A stretch of DNA of 64,000 nucleotides from Tricharina praecox (Eukaryota): the NCBI RefSeq assembly GCF_024521635.1, contig NW_026250426.1, forward strand, positions 1 through 64,000, written 5' to 3'. A program made the position numbers and the translations under genes. This document shows positions 14,998 to 29,629 of the stretch, piece by piece; positions within the stretch are counted from its first letter, which is position 1; every line of letters starts with the position of its first letter. The notes under the pieces are model-generated. The model worked only from the letters and a program-made list of their open reading frames with translations, did no database searches and was not told the origin of the DNA.

Positions 14998-15652
14998 ATG
15001 TTCGCCCTCCGCACTGCCTTCGCCCACGTCCGGCTGACCGCCGCCACCGCCGCCACCTCCGCCGTGCACCTTTCTCCACGGCTGCCGATGCTCACGCGCG
15101 TTCCCGCACCCATCATCGCACCGACGATCCCCCGGCGCTGGGCAACCTTCAACCAGGTGCTCAAGGGCTGCCGCAAGCAGGCGCGGGCGCGCAAGCCCGT
15201 GTCCCCCGCACTGTCGAAGGGAAAGCGACCGTGCATGAAGGGCGTGTGCATCCGTGTCACTGTCATGAAGCCTAAGAAACCCAATTCTGCGGAGCGAAAG
15301 ATCGCCCGTGTCAAGCTCAGCAGCGATCAAGTCGTTACGGCGTACATTCCTGGTGAAGGTGAGTGGAGAGTGATGGCGGGTGGTGGGATGGCGGGATGGA
15401 GGGTTGGGGCTGATTGTATACCTAGGTCACAATGTGCAGCAGCATTCGGTCGTGCTGGTGCGCGGTGGAAGGGCCCAGGATTGTCCTGGTGTCAGATACC
15501 ATCTTATTCGGGGTGCTATGGATTTGGTATGTCCCTGTGGCTGGAAGTGAGAGTATGATGGGGTTGGGTGGAATGCTGACTGCGTGAAGGGCGGTGTACC
15601 GAACAGGATTACGTCCAGGTCCAAGTATGGAACCAAGAAGACGAAAGCTTAG
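14998..15652 (+). CDS. MRPS12: Mitochondrial ribosomal protein uS12m, spliced
   Basis: Presequence followed by [42 protein letters not shown] and RSKYGTKK; two introns. Confidence 0.94.
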
Positions 15653-16179
15653 AGCTGTTGATGAGGAGGGGGTTACGGTGTTGTACTATAGAGGGCAATG
15701 GCACATGGTGGACGGATTTGGGCTTTCTCGATTGGAGGAGAGGTTTGGATACCTAGTCCATGTGGTGTCACTCGGAGTTGTGAAATCGATCGCCAGTCAG
15801 CAGCTATTTCCATGCTGTTCCGGCACTGGATAATTCATGGTGTGTGGGGTATGCAAGGATTCTAGGCCTGTCGGGCTGTGAGAGGTGACGACGCCTTCTG
15901 CGTAAGTTCAGTCATTTTCAGCCGTGAGGCAACAGTTCACAGCCGCAGCCGCAATGCATCCTCACCTCCACATCTTCAGCTAATAAACAATACGTTATCG
16001 GTATCGGACCACTTTATTCCACATTCCCGCCGCACTGTTGAATAGCTGGTCCGTCCATATCTCATCTATCCCTAGTTATGTCCGATACAATCCCGTCGTA
16101 TCAAATCAGAAAAAGTAGGTACAACAAAACAGTAGGAAAATAAAAAATAAAAAACGGAATACACGTGAAGGAAGTTTTT

Positions 16180-17636
16180 TTAGTCCATCTGCTTTTCGTA
16201 TCCCGCCGGCTTCACCAAGCCGTTCATCTCAAAGAATCGTGACGTGCATGAATAACCTGAAACGCACAATATTAGTATTTATGCGGGGGTATACGTGGGG
16301 GCGGGGGTAGGCAACGCACCCTTCCAGTCAAAGTTCTTCTTGGGGTCGCAGGTGCACTTGAGCTTCAGCCTGTCCTCCTCAGAGGTGGGACAGTGGGTGA
16401 AGGGGACGTGGTAGTAACTTCAATCGGTCAGCGAATGGTTCAATTGCAGTGGCAGAGTGAGTCAAGCATACCCTATATCGTTGAAGAAGTGGATCTCATC
16501 CTTGGGCAGTAGCAATGCAGCGGCGATACTGTGAACAGGTGCATCACCCCATCTCTCGTAGAAGAAACCACCATCCTGATCAAGCCTGTTGAAGAATTCC
16601 GTGTACGCCTTGCCTCGCCAGAAGTTAAGGTTGCCGACCTCGAAGTTGGACCAGAAGTGGCAGCGGTTGTAATTGACACCGGCGTCGTCGCTGACGAATT
16701 GCATTCCATTATTCTTAGCAATGTGCTCTGGGTGCTCCTTCATAAAGGTCTTGACGCTATTCCAAAGTGTGGGAATGGTCTCGACGTATTCGTAGAGCGA
16801 CAGAGTAAAGCCATAGTTCTTCTTGTTGTCCTTCATGTACTTGAACACGTCGTAGTCGATGTCGCAGTACAGCTCAATGGAGGGCTCGACACGCCAGTAG
16901 TATTCGTAGTCAAGCATCAGCTCCTGTTGGAAGAAGAAGCCAGACTCGAAGCGGCACATGTGGCGGTACGAGATCGAGTCTCCGTAGATGATGCCTTTCT
17001 TGTGCTGTGGAAGGAATCCTATCAGCAGTTATACGATCAGAGCACAACTGTTGATACATACCATATCCTCGCGGACTTGCTTGGCCTTATCCTGATCGAT
17101 GTGATCGGGGAAGCTCCAGTGCTTCTTCGGGATCTCACCATACTTCGCTGTGCCGCTGACGAGCGCAGTAGTAACCTTTTTGAAGTCGTCATCGAAAGGC
17201 TGGTCGTTCAAGAAAACCCAATCGTAGTGGAACTTGCGGTTGAAGCGGTCCTCAACCATGCGGATCGACTTGGCGATCTCCCAGATATCGTTGTTGCGGG
17301 CGAGGGTGACGAAGGTGGCATTTGCCCGCTCACCGGGAAAGACGGCCTGGGGGAAGCCAGCAGGTGTGTTCACAGTCGTGTCCTTAGCTGGTGTGTTGGC
17401 AGCTGCGGCCAGCCGTTGCGCCCTCTGGATTTCAGCGACGTCTGGAAGTGGGACCTTGGTGTCGTAGGCACTGGTGTAGACCTTGTAGAATACGATGAGG
17501 GACTGGAAACGACGACAGATTCTGGTCAGCTTGCTACTACGACGAGGAGTGCCTCAGAGAGGCCAGACTTTCAAACACATACGAAGAATGCCAGTAGGGC
17601 GAAGCGCAGAGTGCGGGTGTTCTGTGGAGTTGGCAT
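16180..17636 (-). CDS. KRE2: Alpha-1,2-mannosyltransferase, GT15 (Kre2/Mnt1/Ktr family), spliced
   Basis: Type II anchor at the N-terminus; [38 protein letters not shown] and [12 protein letters not shown]. The exact paralogue name is uncertain. Confidence 0.9.
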
Positions 17637-19274
17637 GTTGACGGATTGTAGGCGGCGACCGACGAAGCGAGGTCGTCGTCACTATGAGGACAGAGGGAAC
17701 GAGTGCGTGGTGGATCTGGCCTATGCTATTTCCTATCGCATGAGCACGAGAAGACCGGAGAGTACTATAAGAGCGATGGCGGTGGAAGAGCGGACCAGAC
17801 GGGGAAGAGAAAGTCGGGACAAGAGGGACTCTTCTCTCAGTGTGTGTGTCTCTCTCTCTGTCGGGGGTGCGGAAGCGAACGGTCGTAGAAGGAAGGACGT
17901 AATGTAGCGGTGGGGATGTGACGGTTCGCAGAACAAGCAGTAATGGAGGTGGGAGGTACTGAAAGTACCGCGAAGACAAGGACAGGTACACAAGCACGCT
18001 GTCTGGGGGGAATGGAAGATATAACTAGCGGTTGCGTTGCGGTTGTGTGTTCGTTCAATAGGTGTTCTGGAAGCTGAGCTGAGCTTCACATATAAGGAAG
18101 GAGAATTTATTTTATTTTTGGGGCTCAAACAGAGCTATGCGCGCATACGTAGATTTAGGATTGCTTTTTTGCAGGAGGTAAGCAAGTGGCACGTACTTGC
18201 GAATAGGAGGCCAAATTTAACGCCCGTTGCAGGCAGTGCGCAACGGTCTCGCCCAGGCCCGAAGCTCGGGCCGTTCTTCTGCATAGAAAGTACACTCGGA
18301 AAGAACACGGTAGTGTCCACTGCGTTAAATGGCACTGGACATGCAGGTACATACTCGATTCTTCCGGTCGACATAGAGTAGAGTTGAGTAGAGTATCACG
18401 AGCAAGTGAAGCCGGTCCGGCCCCCACGGCCAATCGCTCCGAGCCATCACGTCAGGCCGCGCGTAACCTGGGGGCGCCCACATCGGCAGGCCGAGTGACA
18501 ACGCGTGAGCAGAACACACGAGAGAAACTGCTCGGGCCGGTTCTGGGAGGCTGTGCAGCGATCGCCGACGGTGGCCACGGATGGTGGAGGCTTGAGATGA
18601 CGCGGAGTCACAGCGCAGGCATGGCAAAGGTGGAACGAGCGTGCGCGGGAGCTCGAAGGAGAAGAATTTTGAATGTCGATGCGAATGGCTTGGTACACCG
18701 AGGTCTCTTCACCTCACGCGAAAGAAGCTGCGATGAAGAAGAAAGGAGAAATATGGTATCTACCTAGCCAGTTATCGGTGATCTGGAAGGATCTGTCCGG
18801 TTGGCGCGCGGATTTTGTGGGGATCTTTGAGCTTTGCCCGAGAGCCTCAACGGATCCGCACGTGGATAAGCTGGCCATACTGTACCGTACTATCTCGCCA
18901 ACACCAGTGCGATTGCTTGAGTCGATAAGCTTAATGGTACTCTCAGATCTCGGCAACCGCGGAGTTGCGGAGTCGCGGTTGCTGTGGCCAGCGGGAGGTC
19001 CGCGGGAGGTCCGCATTGGGAGCTGCTGCAGCTCCACGTCAGGGCGACTTCACCGTCGAGCTTACCCGGCCGCACTCCATCACCCCACCAGACCCACCAC
19101 AACCACCAACCCCCGCGTTGTCTTTGTCCTCCAGCGCAATCCGACTTCCACATAATCGCCCAGCTTCTCTACCACTTGTTTCTCAAATATTGACTCTTAG
19201 ATATTTTGCTATTTCTTTGTCCTTTTTCCCTAGCTACGCCGGCGCCTATATCTACGGCTCTCGATTGATCGGGC

Positions 19275-22041
19275 ATGTCATTTTTTGGCTTCGAGCCCAC
19301 TCAAAATCCCCGCCAGCGAGGTCATCCCTCCAGGGCACCCGGGTTTGGAGAGACTCCCGACCCTTTCGCTGGATTGCAAGGAAAGTCGATCGATGATGAT
19401 GAAGATGGGTCGGTTTGCCTCTGATAGCATAGCGGCTTGAATTGGTGCTGATTCTGGAGCAGCATTGATTTTGAGGATACCTACGATGGGCTCGGCGATG
19501 CCCTTGACGAGACTGACGATGCATTCAACGATGACACTTTTGGCGGGACGAGCACTGGTAGGCCGTCATCATGCCCGAAGATCCTTTGGATCTGCTTTGC
19601 TAAGACATCGTGGATGCCATCAGATCGAGACTTCGACTTCGCCGGTGCCACCGCGAAGGTAGCCGAAGTCATCCAGGAAGAACATGCGGTATACACTCGG
19701 TCGAACACCAGGAAGCAGCCCGCAAAACCCGTAAAGACGGCGGCTGCGGCTAAGCCGACGTCGATGATGACCGAAACAGGACAGCTCCCCGCACTCGTGC
19801 CAGACATGTCGTTGTGGGGAACCTCTCCCGTGCCAATGCAGCAGGAACAGTATCATCAGCACCAGTATGAGCCGACACCACCACCTGCTCCAGCGCTTGC
19901 AATCCCGGGTATGGGTAAAAGGTTTATGAGTCTTGAGGAAGTGGAAGCTCAGATACTGGCCATGAGCCAAAAGCCGCCACCGGTCCAACCGCCGCTTCAG
20001 CAGCAGCAGCAGCATTACCAATCGCAAGGTCCTCCCAACCAGCCGATGCACCAGTTCCAGCACCAAATACCCCAGCACACCCCGTCTCCCAGCCACCAGG
20101 TGCCTCAGTTTGCGCCGCCGCCCGTTGATCTGCGGGGATTCCCGCAACATCAGCTGCCTCCACACATGCAGCAGATGATGCATCAGACACAACAGTCGGC
20201 ACAGCTTCCCCAGATGCTTCCGGATCGTGCCATCGGACGGCAGTCGCCGGCGCCGCCGATAACGGCGATGCCGCCAATGCTGCCCATGCAACAGCAACGG
20301 GTGCCGCCGCGTGAGCAGGATCCTGCCGGTGCTCCCCAGGGACGCAATCAGTACGGAATGGCCACACACTTGCCTGCTCAGCAGCTGCAGACTATGTCGG
20401 AAACCGACCGTCTAAGATATCTGGAGGAGGAAAGCAAACGGTTGAAAAGAAACCACAAGATCGCGCTACTTGTACGTGCTATATTTCTTTGTTGCAAGTT
20501 CTATCATCGAATTGCTAACCCATTCCTGCAGGCTCGGTATAACGGCCTGATGACCCCTCAAGACAAGAACTTCATCCAGAGAATACAGCTTCAACAACTT
20601 GTCTCCATTAATAATGCAGAAGACAACGTTAATGAAGACTTCTACTACATAGTTCACTCCGCCATCCGGGCCCGGTCAAACCCACAACAGCCATTGAGTC
20701 AACTTGCCCAAACCTACCTCTTCCGCCATGGCGGTCGGGGAAACAGGCGACAGGACAACCACTTGCAGCGCATGGAGCAACAAGTCGCGCGTGCGGTGGC
20801 TGCCGCTAAGGCGAGACCGAAGGCCAGCCAGTTGGTTCTGGAGGGTAGTCTGGGGAAGATTTCGTTCAGCAATGTCAAGACGCCGAGGCCGATGTTGAAC
20901 ATTAAGAAGTCCGAAAGTGGTGTCGACCAGGGCAAGAAGGTACAATAATTATCCCTTACACGTATAGGATATGTTTGCTAATCACACAGCAGGCAAAACC
21001 ATCTTTGGCCGACAGAAAGTCGCTACTGCGAGCCATCGAGAATGTCTATGATGCCCTTTTGGAACTGGAAATCCACGAGCGAGACCATTCGAAGCTGCCA
21101 GTCTTACCACCTGGACAATCTCCGACGGAAATGCACCAAGAATGGTCAAACAAGCGTGATCAATTGGCTAACAAGCTCTACTCGGAGACCAAGATCCATC
21201 AACCAATTGATCTAGCGTAAGATCCTCTGCCAGCTCCCAATGATTTTGCAACCTCCTGACACAATGACAGCTCGCATTACACGCACCCCTTCATCGCTAT
21301 TCTGTCCTTCTCCAAGATGAAGCGCGCCATGCCACGAATCTTCCGGCATCTAGATCAAGAGCAGCGTCTAACCGTTCTCACCATGATCGTCGTGCACCTC
21401 GACATTTTGGATGTCGTCAAAAACGGCATCTACCGCCCCGAGGAGACTCAACTCCCCTCCGCGCACCGCGAAGAAATAGAAATCTTCGCCAATCACGTGC
21501 TCCCTCCGCTGCTCGGATACATGTACGAAGCGTCCTACGAGATCGTATGCGGTCTCCTCAAGATCATGCTCGACCGCGTGGACCTGCAGCCAGTATGCAT
21601 GACCAAAATCGGCTTACAATTCTTAACCATGTTCCTCTCTCGCGCCGAGATTCTGAAGCAGAGCGGACACCTAGACGACCACGCGCTCCATGAGTGGCAG
21701 GGCGTGTACGACCGCTTGTTCAACACTCTCAACGGCCACTGGAATAACTGCTTCCCGCCAAACGGAAACTTCTCGGATGACCAGTATGTCTGGCAGTTCC
21801 TTGCGAGCATGGCCGTCGGCGCGAATATGTTGCAGCAGCAGACGCTGGTGTCGGCTGTAAAGTATGTCTCCTCCTCCCTTTCTTTTAGGAAGTTTCCAGT
21901 TGATTGACCATCAATAGGGACCGCGTAATGGAAAACGTTCAAGCAAGCAAGATCCTCCCGCCGGAGATCGGTGTGCAGAAACGTGAGAATGTGAACCTTT
22001 TCATGCGCGCGATGGGGCTGGATGTTGATCTTTTGGGATGA
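19275..22041 (+). CDS. PAT1: Pat1 mRNA decapping activator, spliced
   Basis: MSFFGF, DAFNDDTFG, DFDF, MSLEEVEAQ, YNGLMTPQDKNFI, DFYY, LEGSLGKIS and C-terminal NLFMRAMGLD. Confidence 0.93.
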
Positions 22042-22135
22042 TGATGTTCCCGTTTGTCTTGATAGCTAAACAGACCGAGGTCTTCCGTTTTTTTATGTGC
22101 CAGTTCTTTTTTTCTTCTTGTGGGTGTTTTTTGTT

Positions 22136-22173
22136 TCTTCTTCTTCTTCTTCTTCTTCTTCTTCTTCTTCTTC
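22136..22173 (+). repeat. (TTC)n microsatellite between convergent PAT1 and VPS15 3' ends
   Basis: Uninterrupted TTC run read directly. Confidence 0.9.
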
Positions 22174-22546
22174 GGGGTGTGCTCTTGTTTGGGTTCGGCA
22201 TTTGTTACCCACCTTCTGTCTTGTCTGCGCGCATTGTTTTGCATGTGGTTTTTGGGGGAAGAGGAAATGGGGGTTGAATGTATGTTCTCTACGTGTGTGT
22301 GTGATGAGTATACGGGTTGTATGGATGGAGGGATTTCTCGCATGGGATGAGTATGACAGATATGCTCTGTGGATGTGTGTGTGTGTGTGGTGCATGGAAA
22401 AAAGAATTGATGAGAGAGAGGCAGTCATTGAAGCATAATTTCATCCCACTCGCGATCGATCATACGGAACTCGATGTAGTACATAATATCCCTTCGCTAT
22501 AGAACGCTATAGAAATCAAACGCCATCCCTCAAAAAGAAATCGCAA

Positions 22547-25500
22547 TCACTGATACACAAAAACCATCCCCCCTTTGTCCACGCTCACAACCATTCCATA
22601 CGGCACCTCCAGGAACGCCACATCCGTAACCGTGTCGAGATGAGACTTCAGCAACTGCTGCTGCTGCTGGCTGATAACCGTGCTCCTGGACGACCTCCCA
22701 TTGTTACCTGAAGACGAGGAGCTCTTTTTCCTCCCGTTGCTGTTACTGCTGGCGGAGGTAGCAGCAGCGGAGCTACCGCCAACACCAAGGAAAGCCCTAA
22801 TCCCCCCGGAGCCGGTAGACGAGACGGACTCTGTATCGCCGTGCGAGGCCTTCTCGGAGAAGATGGCGAGGCCCTGGGAGGGGTGCGTGGTGACGTACGA
22901 CGGCTTCGCCTCGTCGACCTCGAGGCCGGAGATGATGGTCGAGTTCTCGATGCGCGCGGTGTTCCAGTAGCGGATTTTCCGGTCGTTGCCGCCGGTGGCG
23001 ATGATGAAGCCGGGCGTGACGGAGCGGGGTTCGGCGTTGGCTTCGAAGTCGGGTTCTACAACGAAGGCGCGGACGCCGCGGTCTGGCGGCGTGGAGGAGG
23101 TCGGTGTATCGAGGTGCGTGAGAGATGTGGCGAAGCGTTGCAGAATCGTCTCCGGCGACTCGTCGTCGACGTTCCAGGCGTCGTATGGCTTGGACCAGTC
23201 TTTGCTGCTGGGGGAGCCCGCGCGGTACACTTCTTTGCAGACGACCTTGTCGCAATCCCAGACGGAGAGTTCGCCCGGGCCTGTGCCGCCGGCGACGAGG
23301 ATCCAACGGTTGCGGCCTTTGAGAGGGTAGGATTGGAGGCGATGGATGGGTGTGGACCCGGGGAGGCCCCAGGCTTTGAGGCGCAGCTGGTAGCGGATGT
23401 CCCAGAGGTCCAGAATCCCGTGAGAAGTGCCAACGACAAGCCAGTTGCGCTTCTTGTCTATGCAGAAGCAGGTCGGTGTGCCATGGTAGACGGGATTCTT
23501 GAGTGTGTAGAGGATCTGCATGGTTCGCAGGTCCAGCGCATAGATATTTGATGCATTCGTGGCGATGAGAAGGTTGGAACCATTGTCTGCTTTGAAATGT
23601 TCCATCCAGACCGCATATTCCTGGGAGCCAGGAAGCTGGAATTCCCTCATAACTCGAAGCTTTCCGTATTTGGCTGCCGAGGTGGAAAATTCGACTTTGA
23701 CGACGTGAACGCTGCCATCGGTGGCGCCAGACACAAAGCATCTGGTGTTCTCTACGAAACAGAGTGCCTTCACTTTGACGTTGTTGCCATGCTTGTATGA
23801 CTGCCGCGCCCGGAAGCCAACGTTCTTCTCCAGCCTTGTCGTGTCCCAAATCCTGACCGTACTATCATCTGACGCCGTTACGAAGAAATTATGGTCGGGT
23901 GCCACCACGACTCGGTTGATGGGCTCCGTGTGCTCTCCGAACGAGGCGACGAAAGTGCCCTCCGGTTTCCACATGCCGCTAGCAAGACGGCCATTGCTCT
24001 TCTTGATGGGTTGTTGTCGCTGAGCTGGAATAATCGTCGGCCCGAACTCGACGATATCGCTCGGATAGTTCTGCAGGTACATAGTGTCCAAGAGATGAAG
24101 AATGTGTGGGTCATTTCCATCATACGAATGAGCCGCTCGGAATGGGAACTGCGGTTCCAGGGACGGAGTGATCGTCGGCTCTCCATTGGTACCCTTCGAG
24201 AGCGGTGCTCCCACCCTTCCAACGGCAGTGGTCGATACAGTACTCGTTTCCGCCGGTGCTTTCGAAGGGCCCATTCCTCTGTTCAACAAGCTATTTTTGC
24301 TCCCCTTATGGCGCAAAACCAGGTGATTTTCCACAGAGTTGGGCGTGACCGGTGCACTGTCGGTACCACTTATCCTGACCGCGGGGATCTGCAAAGGCTT
24401 AGTCGTAGTGCCAGTGTCGACTGCAGTGATAGTGGGAGTGGTCGACCCGGAACCAGACAGACTTCCGCTGCCTTCAACGTTCCGTTGCTGCCGGCGAATA
24501 TCCTCCGCCATCCGCTTCAGATGTAGTTTTGATGCGGACTTCCGGAGAGGCTTGTCAATTGTCCTCGATGCATCCATGAGAGCGTCGGAGATTGTGAGGG
24601 GTCTCGAAGGATTGTCCGACCGCGGTGCCAGGAGTTTGAAGAGACTCTCATTCTCATCAAAGAAGATAGTATACGGTGTGATGTTGAGGTTCTGAAGTGA
24701 GATTGTTGCCCCTATTGACGAAGTTGTGCTATCAGAGAGTAATCGAGGTTTGGATTGAGCCATCCTCCAGATGTACTCCCTCAAGGCCACGATCTTCCAT
24801 TCGTCGTCCGGTGGCATCCCCATATTCCTAAGCTTGCCGAGCCAGACTTCATCCTCTTGGTTTTTGGGTATCCGAGCCTGCGCATCTCTGGTAGATATTT
24901 TCGGGACCGAATCGGTCACGGATCCGAATACAAACGTGCGTTGTCCTTGAGCACTGGCCCAGAAGTGGCCATCCCGAGCTTGCATAGCCCAGTTCACCGC
25001 CATTTCAAAGACACTTCGTGAAAGCTGTAGGCGCGAACTAGATTAGCGCCATTGCGGTCGGAGTGAGCTAAAAGGAAAAATATGCATACCGGCTTCTTAA
25101 GATTCTCCAGTAGATTCAGGGCGGAGAGATCAACCATCTTAGTCCTCAGGAACGGCGCCAGAAGCGGGAAGACGATGCAATGAATGTCTGCCGGTGCCAG
25201 CCATTTTGTGCTGGCTGCGATAAACCCGACGGCCCCTTGCCGGATCCATATATTGGGATGCATCGTAAATCTTCCCACGACATCGACCATCTCCCATATC
25301 TTACTTCTTTGGAACAACCCCAGCTCTGCCATACTTGCAAGTGAACGCAGTACTTTCTCAACAACGAATTCCTCCGGGTCGGTCAAACTCTGAACCATCA
25401 GTGGCATGATATACTCCTCCAAAGCCACGCTTCCCAGGTACGTGGCGATTCCCGTGATGGTTTCGAAGAACGCACATCGCAGGATCCAATCTTTGTCGTT

Positions 25501-27430
25501 TAGGTAGGTGTTGAGATGGCTCAGGATGATATCATTTGCCTTGTTCCTCCCGAAGAAGACGCAAAGCCTGGACACCGACCTCAGGAACGCACGGCGCACC
25601 GCAGAATCACTATCGGTCAAAAGCAGTTTTGCGTGGTCCTGGAAGTACCGCACAAGAATATTCCGTGAAGTATCGAAAAGTGCTTGAGCCGATGCCGTAT
25701 CGCTAGATGCCTCGGCTTCGGGATCTGTGGTGGGTAAAACACCGTCCGCGCGTAGAGCTTGGGTCATATCGAGAAACCGCGCAGCGCTGTTGGCCAGTGA
25801 TGCAAGGCACGACGCATATGTGGCACGAACCAGCGTGCTCTCACTTATAGCAAAGTGTTCAAGCTTGGGAAGGATATATTCAGGGAAGACATCTGCATTG
25901 GTAGGAGATGCAACTTCGACGATTTCCATCTGCATTCCACGTCAGGGGGTAATTCATTATAAGGCAGGACCTATACTAACCAGTTGTGTAATGGTCCGGA
26001 TGACAGCCACCTGTACAATTACACTCTCATCGCCCAGAAGAGAGACTAGATATGGCAAGCACCGATCCATCTTCGCCTCGTCGGTGATCCGTTCCGCGAA
26101 GGCCAACATTACATCACATCCTCTCACTCGAGAACCGGTGCGGGTTGTGTTTCTTAGCGAAGAAGCCAGAAGACTCAGGAATATTAAAGTCCCGTCGTCC
26201 GAAATAACATGTCTCCTACGCACAGCCGAAGAGTGTCGCTGGTAGTTTGGGATATCAAGATGAATGGGAATTATGTCATCGCTTGCGGACGTCTTCTTCG
26301 GTGCCTCCTCGTTAAGCTCGAATCCGAGGAAGAAGGAGATCTTATCGAAATCGTGGTATATTCTGTCTATTCTGTGGTCCGCACGGTCATGCGCATCATT
26401 ACCCTCCTCGGGAAGATGAGTGCGACCAGAGGTGGGGTCTGTGACAAAGCCAATGTATTGATGCAAAAAGCTGTAAAAGTACTCTGGAAATGCCTTTCGC
26501 CTCCACTCATTCAAATATTTCTCCGCCGAATACCTCTTGGACGAATCGAGGCTGATCATGTGCTGTATAAGCTGTCGAATTTCTGGGTCCTCGATCTTGG
26601 CCAATTGTGGCGCGGGGTCATAATCTCCTGAGCGATACTTGAAGAGCTGGGACAGAGTAAAGAGCGGCGTTCCCTCCAAGAAAAGCTCCGCAATGACACA
26701 GCCAAGACTGAAGATGTCCATCTCGTCCGTAATACTAGTGTCCTCCCGTTCCTGGTTGGGATCGAGAAACCGCTCTGGGGCTATGTAACATATCCGCCTG
26801 CTCGACGTATCGAAGAAGTAGGAGAAATCCGCCGGGTTATCTGCCGGAAGGTATGTCGGCTTGAAGGGCGCAAAGTCCGTGAGGTATATCCAGTTCCAGG
26901 ACGTGACGAGAACATTTTCAGCTTTGATATCGCCATGGTGTACACCCTGAGCATGGCAATCCCGGATTCCGCACAGGAGCTGAAAGGCTATCCATCGCTT
27001 CTCGATCTCTTCCAAAAACGGCCGGGTGCTGATACGATCGTATAAGCTGCTGTAGAGATATTGCCGAACTAGATATGCTGCCCGTTCCGTCTCCACAACC
27101 CTGTCATACGTGAAGGCGTTAGGTATGTTCAGCAGCGCTTCCTGTTCGCCTACAAGCTGTCAGCTTACGACCGTAGCCACAATCCGACGAGAGAGCTGGC
27201 AGCTACACACGTTCGATCTGCTGCCGGTGGAGATCAAGGTTGAAGCCGGCGAGCAGCGGTTTCGCGAAAACCTTGACTGCAACGAGACCATCGGCATGCC
27301 GAGCTCTGATGGTTTTGAGAAATCGTGCCGAGCCCAGGGATTTCTCGTAAGAGAGGTCGACAAGCTCTGGAATATCGATCCCCGCTCGGGTATTGCCGTC
27401 AGCGGCGGTGGTGGAGTAGTTCTGGCCCAT
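22547..27430 (-). CDS. VPS15: Vps15 (PI3K complex kinase-fold, HEAT and WD40 subunit), spliced
   Basis: MGQ N-terminus, LGSARFLKT, HGDIKAENVLVTSWNW, DFAPFKPTYLP, YIAPERF, HEAT region and C-terminal WD40 repeats. Confidence 0.96.
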
Positions 27431-28629
27431 CTCTAGGTGTCACTGGCGTGTGACAACGGCGAAGGTTCAAGGGCGTAGATTTCATGAGAAGTTCAGACGA
27501 GCATGATTCGGAGTTTGGCGACAGCGGGCGCACAGCGGTGATCGAGAGGTTGGCGACGTGCGCGAGGATGGAGTTCTGGCGGCGTTGAAGTGACGGTGAA
27601 GACTAGAGCTCGAGGGAAGCTCGATACGATGTTACATAACATGGTTTACCCGGAAGCCTTCTATTTCGTTAGCCTCCGAGCAATGACAAGGGTCATCTGT
27701 CCCACTTGTCATGTCACCAACCAATGACTCTCAGGAATGCGTATCTGCAATTTGTCTTCCGAGGCGGTTATGGTGAATTTGACTGTTTTTCGAACGTCCT
27801 ATGACAAAACTTAATTCATCAAGGAGGGATAAAACTGCTAGAAGAAGCAACTCCAATAGATTCACCAAGGCGGCGAAAACGAAACCATCATCGTTGTGTT
27901 GGATTCTAGGCTCGATCTCATGGCATGACTATGCTGCGATGATTCCAACCTAATTTCATAGCACGACTATGATTGGGACACAAGTAAGTTACAGTAGGCT
28001 CCTCCCTACTATTTCCCCACAACTTCTGACGGTCAAACTTTACCGATATAGATTGGGACACTCGGTTTATTGGAAGCGCAACACGTTCAAAGGACCTGGA
28101 CATTGGATGGCGCGCCGATCCTCGACGTGTCATGCGTCATCACTCGTTTTTATCAGAAATCTCGTAAACTTCATTATACAACGCTGAATAGTCGCAGCTA
28201 AGGATACATCATAGTACTCTGGACGGGAAACGGAGTGTGTGTCTGTATATTGCCATGATCTAGATATGTCGCATGCAATCAATGTGCAAACGAAAATATC
28301 ACAGTACTCTTTACCATAGGTACTCTGCATAGGTTGAACGCATCGATCATCAACAAACAAATATCCGAGCAGCACTCTGGTGTGTAAAGATACATATTCT
28401 ATCATGAGATAGCTTCAAGGAGAAATCCAAAATAACGAACTACACACAGCTCCTCCAAGAAGGGGAGGAGCTACATGGCCTGGTAGCTGATATATATCTC
28501 TGAAGTCACACTACCGCCGGGAGAGTGCTGCACGGGACGGCATCGTCGAAATGATGGGAAATAAATCTTTACTTTCTCGTCAACAGAATAGCACGAGTAG
28601 ATCCTATCATATAAGAATCCACCTCGACT

Positions 28630-29629
28630 CTACCACGCAGAGTGACCACCATCAATAATTAAATCCGACCCGGTCATAAACGAGCTCGCTGCAGACATCA
28701 AAAACACGGCCGCACCCCTTTGTCCACCATCAATCAACCAACCCAATCATTCCAAACCGAGGGTTGGGTAAAAACGTACCTAAACTCCTTCGGCGAACTC
28801 AACCTGCCGAGCATATTCTGCGTAGCCCAATCCGTCTGGCGTTCTGGAAACTTGATGAACAGATCCTCGACCATTGCCGTGACGATGTACCCAGGACTCA
28901 GAGAGTTAACGCGAATGCCATACTGGCCCCACTCACTCGCCAGATTCTTGGCCAATTGCTTTACGCCCGCCTTGGAGGCGTTGTAGGCGGGACATATCAA
29001 TCCCTAGCACATCGCACCATGAGCATTAATCCAACCAGGGAACATCATCTCCCTTCCCCACCTTATTCGCAATCGTTGCGCTCATGCTCGCAATCAGGCA
29101 GATACTGCCGCCCTTCGCAGTCCTATGCTGGATCATGGCCTTGGCCACCGCCTGGGCGGTCATGAACACGCCGGTGACATTGACCTCCAGCATGCGGTTC
29201 ACATCCTGCGGGGTATAATCCAGCGCCGACGTCTCCTGCTGGATCCCGGCGGCCGCGATCAGCCCATGGATCGGGCCCAGCGAGGAGATTGTGGCGTTCA
29301 GCACCGCGTTGTCGCGGACGTCCACCCGGTGGTAGGTAATCGACGTCCCGAGTTCCGTTGCCCGCGCGGCGACACGCGAGAAGTCGTCGCTGGGCGTGGT
29401 GAGCAGGTCAATTGCGTGGACTATCACATTCCCAATCCAGTCATCATCAGCAGTGCAACCTCTGCGGAAGAGTGTTGGAACGTGCGCATGTGTGCATACC
29501 GATTGCCCCGGCTTCGAGCAGTGCCTCCGCCTGTGTCAGTCCCAGTCCCCGAGCTCCTCCGGAAACAACGATGACCCGTCCGTCGAGCTTGAACTCGGGG
29601 AGGCGCTCGGTGGAAGTTTGCTCTGCCAT
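28630..29629 (-). CDS. Short-chain dehydrogenase/reductase, D-arabinitol/polyol dehydrogenase-like, spliced
   Basis: SGGARGLG cofactor motif, AAAGI, catalytic [15 protein letters not shown] and terminal DGGHSAW. Confidence 0.88.

Noticed and set aside
16531..17907. 458-aa plus-strand ORF
   Set aside because: Antisense shadow of the GT15 mannosyltransferase gene; no independent motifs.
11597..29629. Polyol-metabolism cluster (HAD phosphatase plus SDR), or cryptic PTS1 by readthrough
   Set aside because: The genes are 16 kb apart among unrelated housekeeping genes, and neither stop has a TGA-CTA context or a nearby SKL-like extension.
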